Assembly: GCA_002269645.1 (NCBI GenBank)
Contig: NIVC01001705.1
Location: forward strand, 106,115-170,114
Direction: 5' to 3'
DNA: 64,000 nt
Source: Macrostomum lignano
Taxonomy: Eukaryota
Below the pieces are notes generated by a model. It ran no database searches, was not told where the DNA came from, and was given only the letters and a program-made list of their open reading frames with translations. Shown here piece after piece: positions 12,580 through 23,900 of this stretch. The position numbers were made by a program, and so were the translations under genes. Numbering within the stretch: position 1 is the stretch's first letter; every line of letters begins with the position of its first letter.

Positions 12580-13470
12580 CTACTGGTGTCTATGTGCTTG
12601 TCTACTTCTCTATCTACTCGTGTCTATGTGCTTGTCTACTTCTCTATCTACTCGTGTCTATGTGCTTGTCTACTTCTCTATCTACTGGTGTCTATGTGCT
12701 TGTCTACTTCTCTATCTACTGGTGTCTACGTGCTTGTCTACTTCTCTATCTACTGGTGTCTATGTGCTTGTCTACTTCTCTGTCTACTGGTGTCTACGTG
12801 CTTGTCTACTTCTCTATCTACTGGTGTCTATGTGCTTGTCTACTTCTCTATCTACTGGTGTCTATGTGCTTGTCTACTTCTCTATCTACTGGTGTCTATG
12901 TGCTTGTCTACTTCTCTATCTACTGGTGTCTATGTGCTTGTCTACTTCTCTATCTACTGGTGTCTATGTGCTTGTCTACTTCTCTATCTACTGGTGTCTA
13001 TGTGCTTGTCTACTTCTCTATCTACTGGTGTCTATGTGCTTGTCTACTTCTCTATCTACTGGTGTCTATGTGCTTGTCTACTTCTCTATCTACTGGTGTC
13101 TATGTGCTTGTCTACTTCTCTATCTACTGGTGTCTATGTGCTTGTCTACTTCTCTATCTACTGGTGTCTATGTGCTTGTCTACTTCTCTATCTACTGGTG
13201 TCTATGTGCTTGTCTACTTCTCTATCTACTGGTGTCTATGTGCTTGTCTACTTCTCTATCTACTCGTGGCGAGGTGTCTGTCTACTTGTCTACTTCTCTA
13301 TCTACTCGTGGCGATGTGCTTGTCTACTTCTCTATCTACTCGTATCTATGTGCTTGTCTACTTCTCTATCTACTCGTATCTAAGTGCTTGTCTTCTACTT
13401 CTCTATCTACTCACGTGTGTACCTGTTTACTTCTCTCTCTACTCATGTGTGTACCTGTCTACTTCTCTAT
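12580..13470. repeat. 34-bp minisatellite TGTCTATGTGCTTGTCTACTTCTCTATCTACTGG
   Basis: Homogeneous array; source of three spurious ORFs. Confidence 0.95.
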
Positions 13471-14327
13471 CTATTTCCTCATTTCCCACAGTCAAGTCCA
13501 ACAAAAATTCTCTCAGTAAAGTTCTCTCAAGCCAAATATTATTTGCTTCAAAACCTCAGCAATCTTGCTTGCGAAATCAAAGCAACACGATAGATAGCGT
13601 TCTTGTTATGCATTTCGGTCGATATCACGTGAGCAAACACGGGGGTTACAGCTTTTTCCGGGTTTTCTGTGAATCAAGCAGGTGAAGAATATATGTATAA
13701 TTTGAGCAGCCACGAAAAGCATGCCCTCAAACTGAGATTCGCTCCAATAAGCACTCCGACCGAGTGTTAAAGTTATTCTGCATGCATTAATTAGTTAGCA
13801 AACTAATTTATTGTGCCCCGTTCACTAGTAAATGGAGAAAATAAAGTTGAAGGCCAATTATCATGACAAAAATGAGTCACGAGTTCTAGAAATGGATCTT
13901 TCTTGAGCAGGCCCACTTGATTTTCGACAAGCTCTTATCATTTGGTTTAGTATTTACCTCAGAAGCCCCTCGAACTGTGCTCTTATCGCCAAAATGCACT
14001 CAAAATCAGCTGTAAAAAAGCAGCATTCTTGCAGTGCCTCACGCTCGACAAGCACAATTTTTTAGAATATGAAAACTTCAACCCGCTGTCTTTATCAGCG
14101 ATAGACAGTGACAGCAGCAAGGCAAGCAATCAATTCTTTAAAAAATGTTTTACTGTCAATCAACTGGTAAAAAAATTGCGCCATTGTATCAGCGTCAGTG
14201 CAAATGTACTTTTATGACCCCAGGCGTGACTGGGGTAGTCAATTACAATATTTTGTCTGGGCAGCTTGCTCATGCATTCATGCTTTGACTAACAAATTTA
14301 TAAATTTTAGTTTACTTGCGTTAACTA

Positions 14328-14580
14328 GCCTTCCCCTCTCCTAGCCCGCCTTCCCCTCTCCTTCCCCGGCCTTCCCCTCTCCTTCCCCGCCTTCCCCTCT
14401 CCTGACGCCTTCCCCTCTCCTTCCCCGCCTTCCCCTCTCCTTCCCCGCCTTCCCCTCTCCTTCCCCGCCTTCCCCTCTCCTAGCCCGCCTTCCCCTCTCC
14501 TTCCCCGCCTTCCCCTCTCCTTCCCCGCCTTCCCCTCTCCTTCCCCGCCTTCCCCTCTCCTTCCCCGCCTTCCCCTGTCC
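14328..14580. repeat. 20-bp pyrimidine minisatellite CTTCCCCTCTCCTTCCCCGC
   Basis: Direct inspection. Confidence 0.93.
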
Positions 14581-15202
14581 TTCTCTCCTTCTCTCCCCTG
14601 CTTCGATCTTCTCTTCATATCCCTTTTCCTTTGAATCCTTTCCTTTCACACAAACGAAAATTACCACCTCATGGTGCAGAATCAAAGACAGCCGGTCTGC
14701 TTTCGAGAAAATCATTTTAATTGGAGCTCTAAAACCTGCATGTGAGGAGACTTCCTGCTGTTTTTCTGAGTCTGCAGCTTCACAAAAGCCTTTGCGAAAA
14801 TGAAGCCAGCTGCTGTCACTTATCCATCATGGCCCTTCCCTGCTCTAATTGCCCCCCCCGCCGGAAAACCCGTCTTTTGAGCGGACAGCGCTGAGTTTCA
14901 GGCTCTCTTCTTCTGCTTCTAATTATAAACTCTTTTTAGCCAGCTATCGTAGCTAAAAGCAATTTCGAGGCCTGAGACTGCTGTTGACTGACTGGGAGAG
15001 AGCAGAAAAGTACTTTTTAGGATAGGACTAAAAGAAGCAACAGGTCAAAGCATGGATTCGATGTTTTTGCAAGATTTTGCCTGTTTATTGATGATCTGGG
15101 GAGTTACCAATATTATCGCAGCTCCGAAACTTCATTGATCCTAAACTTAACTTCAGAGCGCGTCTACAAATTTCTACCAAAGAAATTCATTTTAATCTTA
15201 AC

Positions 15203-15604
<402 letters not shown>

Positions 15605-15612
15605 GCTCTCCG

Positions 15613-17496
15613 TCACAGCGAGCCACTGAGCTCCTGCATTGTCTTGCAAGTCAAGCGCAGAGGCAGACAGAGCGAGATGATCAGGCGGGGCTTTCGACCA
15701 AATGCCCAGTCTATCAGTCGATGCAGCCAATAGTAGCTGGTCTCCATGTGCTCGGCATAGTTCAGCTTGAGCACGTAGCTAAACTCAACGCCGCGGTCCA
15801 TACTGTGGCTGACAACGCTAGACAGAACTCCGGTGACAAAGTTGATGAACACTATGGGCACCAGAATGATAAAGACGAACAGAGTTACTAGCAGGTCCAG
15901 ACGATCAAACGTCGGAGCAAACGTGCTCGTATCGACAACGTTCAGTGTGAGCAGGAAGGCCCAATAGAAGGACTCCATGAATTTCGGCTGCTGCTGACTC
16001 GCACTGATGTTGCTCGCCTGCTTCAGCTGCTGCTGCTGCTGCTGTTGAAACCGGCCAGACGCCTGGAACAGGCGGGCGAACAGCACCAGCAGTAGGACGT
16101 AGCAGATTAAAAAATTGCCAAACATTGCAAAGCTGTTGTAGAAGCTGTTAGTGAATCTCGACACTCCGGGAATGAGACGGCTTAGCAGCAGGATGAATAA
16201 GACACTGAAGAGGGCGTGTACCAGCATCAGGCAGCCGATGAGCGGTTGCAGCTGCTCCATGCCGAGGCTATCGCAGGCTGCAGCAGGTGCCACCATCAGC
16301 AGCAGCATTGTCAGAGCTAGCAGGCCGCAGGACAGATACGGAAAATACCACTGCATGACGAGTCTGAAGCTTCCAGCCGAGGCGCTCGGATAGCCAACTC
16401 TGCGTCTGTAGCGGTATTTGCGAACAGCTCCGAGCCCAGGCACCACGAGCTGCCAGACGCTCACAGCTAGGCTGTAGGCAATGGTGACTTTGAAACCCGT
16501 TGGCAAGGCGACTCCGCTAGTGTTTGTGCACGCCTCGACCAGGTGATCGCTAACCGTGTAGTCAAAGAAGAATAGCGTCAGAGTGAGATGGAAAATTCGC
16601 TCGATAATGTTTGTCAACAATAGCCAGCGACTGCGAGAGAACATGGCATCGACCCAGGAGGCAATGACCAACGGCTGTCGGAAAATCTCCATTCTGCGCA
16701 GAGCGTCCAGCTGCGTCTCGCACACGTCGGCCATGATTGCCAAAGGCGTCAGGAATCGTTCCGGTCCCGGGCAGACAGAGTCGGACAAGTCTATCTTGAC
16801 GTGCTCCATTGCGCCAGCAACGCGAGTCACAACTCCGCAGCTGTGGTTGCGTTACATCAGCTTCTCAACGATATGCACCTGGCCGGTGTACACACCCCAG
16901 TCCAGCGGCCTCATGCCAAAGCTGTTCACCTGACGAGACATTTGATCGACCTGGTCTGGGGTGAAAAAACCCTTAATAAAAAACCGGATGTATGCGAACT
17001 GGGTGCTTAATGATAGCCGACCGTCTGAGTCTTGATCCAGCACCTTTAGTCCCAGAAATAGCACGTGATAAGCATTGAAACCGTACTCACTGACCTCGGC
17101 CAGGTTCAACTGTGGAGCGGAAGTTTTGATAAACTCGCAACAGCGCTTAGCATTGAACATGACAGCCATAAGGAAAGGATTTGTCGGCTGCTGATGAATG
17201 CCACGAAGGGCTGTAATTTGCTTCGATATCGAGCTCGAACTTGAGCTGCTCCGGAATTCCGGCGGGCAATAGCGAATATGATTGCTTGTATCACGGCTGG
17301 TTAGGAAGTTCAGCCAGGTGTCCGGGCATCTTTGAGAGAATCTTCTCAGCGCTGCCTCGTCGTCTTGAAGGAGGCAGCGAATTAGTAGAGGCCACTGGCT
17401 CTCGCCGATGTAGTCTGATATGTTAAAGATCGACTCATTGTTGTTCTGAGGCTTCGGACTGCCTGCAGCAAGGGGAGCGAGCCGAATCGTCCTCAT
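15613..17496 (-). pseudogene. Intronless TRPV-like cation channel (ankyrin repeats + 6TM), 627 codons with one in-frame TAA at 16852-16854
   Basis: ORFs 16852-17496 and 15613-16830 share a frame (EKLM*RNHSCGVVTRV); ankyrin-like GFNAYHVL and NSFGMRPLDWGVYTG; pore-like FMESFYWAFLLTLNVVD; S6-like IILVPIVFINFVTGVLS. Confidence 0.75.
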
Positions 17497-17990
17497 GGAG
17501 AAGTATAAAGTTCGAAAAAGAAGAGACAGTTTAAAAAAAGAGTAGCTCGTAAATCATCGCTGTTTTTATACCCGTCAACGCGCCAATGCAAAAATAATTA
17601 GCTAATGCTTCCTCCATTATTTGATCAATGCAGCTAGCGCTGAAAAAGGCTTCAGAACGCCCAGGCGTTAATGAAAAGCACGGGGGCAGGGCACTTGATT
17701 TTATGTAACTTCGCTTGTAATTGTCCCTTGACAAAGAGTAAGACGGAAGTCAAAGTGATACCGTATGTTAGTTTGCTCGATTGTTGTGACCAAGATGCTA
17801 ATACAGCCTGGTGAGCAATCTAATATTTTAGAGTGAAGGACATGAAAGTGTGTAATAAATGTACACTTATGGGTCGCAAGCATAACGAACTACATGTACA
17901 TACATATGAACTATACTAGCTGTAATTCCGTTGATTGATTTGTCGCGTCAAACAGGGACGAATAGTAGAGTATACTCGTACTGAAGTAGT

Positions 17991-20900
17991 CACTACGTAA
18001 TGTGCAGATTCTGCCGGGTTTTGGAGGTGAGGTGGGTGTCAGAGCCAATGCAAATTCAACGCCTATCTAAATACATTAGACCGATTCTAATTGGTCCAGA
18101 GTCATTATGTGAGACATTTATACTCTCATGTAAAATCTATACATGTAATCAGTGTACACTGTATCGTACAGAAGCGACGACCAGTACAATATAGTACGCA
18201 TAATTAGCGCTTCACCGTTGTTGTACGTAGAAACGCGCGCGCCCCCATCCCCACACAATGCAGCATTGGTGTACGCAGAATTAACTGTCCATATTAACTG
18301 TCCATATACCCAAAATTGGCAGAATTAGCGCGCGCCCACCCACCCCATAACGTCTATATTATTACTTGTCCATATTTACTGTCCATCCCAAAATTGGTGT
18401 ACGCGCAGAATTGTAGCGCCCGCCCACCCCATAACGGTCCATCGGAGAATGTAGGTTTGAATATGCTGATAATTTATTCAAAATCACTTATAAAATACAC
18501 ATACTTTCATATAGAGGCGGGCCTGTACAAACTCTCGCCAAGCGATGGGGTCGAGGTTGCGTCATCCAAGCCTCTCCCCAAGTCAGACCCCAAATGCAGG
18601 ACTGTGTTGAAGCAGTGCTTTATATTTCTATATTGACAGTGTGGATGATACAAGACCTTTAATTGGTAATTATCAACTGCTACTGCTTTACGGTATATCC
18701 TCACCCCTCGAAGCCCCTATACTGAATGTTGAATCACCCTTTAACTCCGGACCATAGTCAAATTCAACCCTGTTCGAAAACAGCCACCCCTCCGATGTTC
18801 ACCAGACTCGTCTTCACAGCGCAGACCCCATAACAAATCGAGCTAAATTTTAACACTCGCCCCTGTTCTCTCTGTCCCCCCTTCTAAATGCCAAGGAATT
18901 TCGACCCTATCTCCATTTTCAGTGTACAGACAGATCTTTCCACAGCACAGACCCTCGGGCCTGTACAAACTCTCGCCAAGCAATGGGGTGGAGGTTGCGT
19001 CATTCAAGTCTCTCCCCAAGTCTGCCCCCCAAATACAAGACTGTTGAAGCAGTGCTTTATATATCTATTGACAGTGAGTATGATACAAGACGCTTCGTCG
19101 CGCTTTAATTACAGTAAACCATCCCCTCGAAGCTCCTATACTGAATGCTGAATCACCCTTTAACTCGGACCATAGTCAAATTCAACCCTTTTCGAAAACA
19201 GCCACCCCTCCGATGTTCACCAGACACAGCGCAGACCCCATAACAAATCGAGCTAAATTTTAACACTCGCCCCTGTTTTCTCTGTCCCCCCTTCTAAATG
19301 CCAAGGAATTTCGACCCTCTCTCCATTTTCAGTGTACAGACAGATCTTTCCACAGCACAGACCATATATTAAACTTCAAAACCCCTCTCTTCTCCGATTA
19401 CGTCATCCATGCCGCCCCAGATAGCAAGAAACCAACTTTTAATGCACACATCAACCCCGCGAGCAAATCCGAGTCCGCCAACCTCTACCTGCATTGACAA
19501 ACCCCAGCTGCATTTGTAAATGTACACAGCCTATGAATCAGTGTCTCCACCGCATGCAATTCTGATTTACTTGATCTAAACTTTGTAAGTAGTATAAGTC
19601 ACCCTTGCGTTTACTAGAAGTAGTGAAGTCCACAAATTTAAATACGTGAGGCTATTCAATTCTGCCTCTCCGCCTCCCCTACCTTCTCACTTCAAGCTTT
19701 CAGACTTGGTCTTTGAGACGGTCGGTTTAATCTGTTAGAAGCAGGAATGAATCATGCACTGACCTCTCCATACAAAGTAAAGTTGGAATTTCAGACAAGA
19801 AATTTGGTTATTTTAAAAGCTAAATGACTAGAAATGCACATTTTTTCATTAAAATGCAGCTTTTTACAGTTTTTTTACGATTTTAACCTTAAAATGCAGA
19901 CTTTGTTGATCAAAATCAGTAGTTTCATCACTAGAAACCATACTTTCAACAGCTAATTTGTCCAAATGTCGCTTTCAACTTGACCTTAGACAGCTTTTAA
20001 GCAGGAATGAACCCCACACAAACATCCACAAGCCAGCCCAAAATCAGCCAAAGACATGGCTATTGAAGCCTAAATTGCTAGAAATGCACATTTTTTCATA
20101 AGAAAATACAATTTTTCACAGTTTTTATGCATTTTTTACGTTAAAATGCAGACTTTATTGATCAAAATCAGTAGTTTCATCACTAGAAACCATACTTTCA
20201 ACAACTAATTTGTCCAAATGTCGCTTTCAACTTGACCTTAGACAGCTTTGAAGCAGGAATGAACCCCCACGAACATCCACAAGCCACCCCAGAATCAACC
20301 AAAGACATGGCTATTGAAGCCTAAATTGCTAGAAATCAGCATTTTTTCATAAGAAAATACAAATTTTCACAGTTTTACGCATTTTTTACGTTAAAATGCA
20401 GACTTTATTGATCAAAATCAGTAGTTTCATCACTAAAAACCACAATTTTAACACAAAATTATCACAAATGCTACTTCTGGAACTCTGAGACAGCTTTGAG
20501 CAGGAATTATAATCGCACACGGATTACCCGAGCCAGTCCAATTTCCACTAAAGCCATGGTTTTTTTTAAAGCTATTCATAGAATTTCTCATTCTTTCGTT
20601 TAATAAAGGCCAATTTTCACAGTTTTATTATTTTCTAACGTTAAAATGCGAAATGCGAATTGATCAAACTTAGTAGTTTCATCCCAAAAGCCATAATTTC
20701 AACCGCTAATTTGTCCAAATGCTGATTTCAAAGTTGGCAAGAGACAGCTTTCGAGCAGGAATGAGTCACACACTGATCTCCATATGCACACCCCGGCCCA
20801 AGTTGGAATTCCACCCAAGACATTTTCATTGAAAGCTAAATTACTAGAAATTTGCGCATTTTTGTTTAAAGCATGTCAATTTTTCACAGTTTTTACTCTT

Positions 20901-23900
20901 TTTAACGTTAAAATGCTGACTTTATTGAACAAAATTAATCACTTCATCAGCAGAAACCATAATTTTTACAACTTAATCGTCAAAAATGCTGTTTCATCAT
21001 TCAAATGTATGTATTTGGTACGTGTAATACCCCTCAAGAAGTCAGGGAAGGGATTATTCTTGAATATAGGGTTAAAACGTAAAGTTTGCTATAAACCTAG
21101 CTATAATAATTTTAACATATACAGTCTGCGAAGCGGTCCGTTGATTTCGATTGACATTTAAACTGTCCCTCCCAGACCTCTCTCTCTCTCCTTCTGCACC
21201 CACCGAGAAAAGTGACTCATGCGGCAATCAGCTGGACAGGTTTTATTACTGAATTGGCAAAACAGCCAACACCCAATGGTCATATTAGACTCGTCTTCAC
21301 AGCACAGACCCATGTAGAACAGAACCACTCGTCCCTTTCTCTCTGACCTTACCATTTCTAACTGTCAAGGAATTCCGACCCTCCCTCTCCAATTTCCAAA
21401 CGCATGTCCTGTGTTACGACACTGCCTAGCAACCGTATAATTTTTGCAGGTCAAGGAGCATTAATACATGAACTAACACTCCTATTTTACATTCATTGAG
21501 AGGCGGCGGCAGCGGGCGGAGGCGGCAGTAGAGACAGGGACTGTGCTGCGCACAGTCACGGTCCGGCCACCCTCCGCCCGCTGCCGCCGCCTCTCAATGA
21601 ATGTAAAATAGGAGTGTTAGTTCATGTATTAATGCTCCTTGACCTGTAGTAGAGACAGGGATATTTTCAATGAATGTAAAATAGGAGTGTTAGTTCATGT
21701 ATTAATGCTCCTTGACCTGTAGTAGAGCAGTAGAGACAGGGACTGTGCTGCGCACAGTCACGGTCCGGCCACCCTCCGCCCGCTGCCGCCGCCTCTCAAT
21801 GAATGTAAAATAGGAGTGTTAGTTCATGTATTAATGCTCCTTGACCTGCAAAAATTATACGGTTGCTAGGCAGTGTCGTAACACAGGACATGCGTTTTTC
21901 TGTAAAGTAATAATAACCCCACCATTAATATAGACAGTTGGTCGTGTAAACGAATGATTTGAAAGTTTAGTCTATGTTTTACAAAATGTCTCTATGAAAA
22001 CTCATCTTCCTACTGACAGTAGAGTTTGCAAAAATCAGTTCTTTGAATAATGCGACATTTTCGTGAAAATATTTAAACTGCTATATTGGGCCTATGACAG
22101 ATTTTTATTGAGAAACTATCGTCATTTCCACAGAGAAAGATAAACATGTGAAGCTTTCGTGAAGATTTCATCTTCATACTACGGGTGTCAAATTTTCCTG
22201 TATTTGACTGAACGTACGTGCATTTAGTCATAGTCGGGGGAGTGCTTCAACCATTTCTCAGGTTTAAATCGGCTGCCGCTTGCATATGTACATCACATGT
22301 AAATGAACATGTGGTAAATCTGATGAGGAACTATGCACAAATGCGCGAGTTGCCCCGGAAAGAGCTGAGATTGATAGATAATGAAAAATCAGTAGGAAAG
22401 AGAGAATGAGGCTGCGTGACCACCCACCCCATTATCCTGTCTTTCCGTTGCATGGCAGCACGTAATTAAATGTGTCAAGTGTACAATTGATTCAATCGAT
22501 TACTCGTTTATACGCAAAGCATCGAGAGAGTTTTTAATTGCATCCAAACTTTCTGACTAATGCCTTCGTGTGTTCCAAAGAAGGAGACACTGATTCATAG
22601 GGTGTGTACATTGACAAATGCAATTACAGCACGCAGGGTAGGGTTGGCTTTGGTAGACGCGCGGATTTGCTTGGTTCGCATTGTTCATATATGCGCATCG
22701 AATTTTTTTCTTGCTAACTGCTTCTATGGGGATGTATAGATGACGTAATCAGAGATAGGGCTTTGGTTGGGGGAGGCTGGGTCCGTGCTGTGAAAAGATC
22801 TGCTTGCTTCGTCAAAATGTACATTGGGATTGAGAGAGAGGCCGGTCGAATTTCGTTGACAACTAGAAATGGAAAGGTTTGGTCAGAGAATAGGGGTGTA
22901 TGTGTGTTTTGGCTTTATTCAAAATGGTCTGTGCTGCGAAGACGAGTCCATTGACCATTGGGTGTTTGCTGTTTTGCCAATTCAGTATACTGAACCTGTT
23001 AAACTGATTGCCTCATGAGTCACTTTTCTGGGGTATGTGTAGGAGAGAGAGGCCTGAGAGAGACAAGGGCTCGATTTGGGTGGGGGTCCTCTGGCCCCAT
23101 TCGTATTGGCTAATTTGGCGAATTGGCAAATCTACTTGCATGGGTTAAATTATTGAATATGGTCAGAGTTGAAGAATTTGGGGGATGAATCAAGAGGTAA
23201 AGTTGGCAAAAACAACACTGATTCACCACATCTAAAATATGACTGCTAGGAGCTTCGGAAATAAGACTACTGTACACAGCAGCATCAACAAAAGGTATTA
23301 AATTGTCAATCAAAATCGACCCGTAGATGTGCGATTTTGCATGGTTCACAGTGTTCATATGTGCATCGAAAAATTTTGTTTCTTGCTAACTGCTCCTATG
23401 GGGAGGTGGATGACGGAATCAAGATAGGGTTTTGGTTGGAGGAGGCTCAATATATGAGTCTGTGCTGTGAAAATATCTGTTTGTACACTGAAATTGGAGA
23501 GGGAGGGTCGGAATTCCTTGACAGTTAGAAATGGTAAGGTCAGAGAGAAAGGGACGAGTGGTTCTGTTCTACATGGGTCTGTGCTGTGAAGACGAGTCTA
23601 ATATGACCATTGGGTGTTGGCTGTTTTGCCAATTCAGTAATAAAACCTGTCCAGCTGATTGCCGCATGAGTCACTTTTCTCGGTGGGTGCAGAAGGAGAG
23701 AGAGAGAGGTCTGGGAGGGACAGTTTAAATGTCAATCGAAATCAACGGACCGCTTCGCAGACTGTATATGTTAAAATTATTATAGCTAGGTTTATAGCAA
23801 ACTTTACGTTTTAACCCTATATTCAAGAATAATCCCTTCCCTGACTTCTTGAGGGGTATTACACGTACCAAATACATACATTTGAATGATGAAACAGCAT

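Noticed and set aside
16852-16854. TAA read as Tyr/Gln under an alternative genetic code
   Set aside because: Only one internal TAA occurs in 627 codons, other nuclear exons have none, and TAA acts as a normal stop elsewhere; the flatworm TAA reassignment concerns mitochondria.
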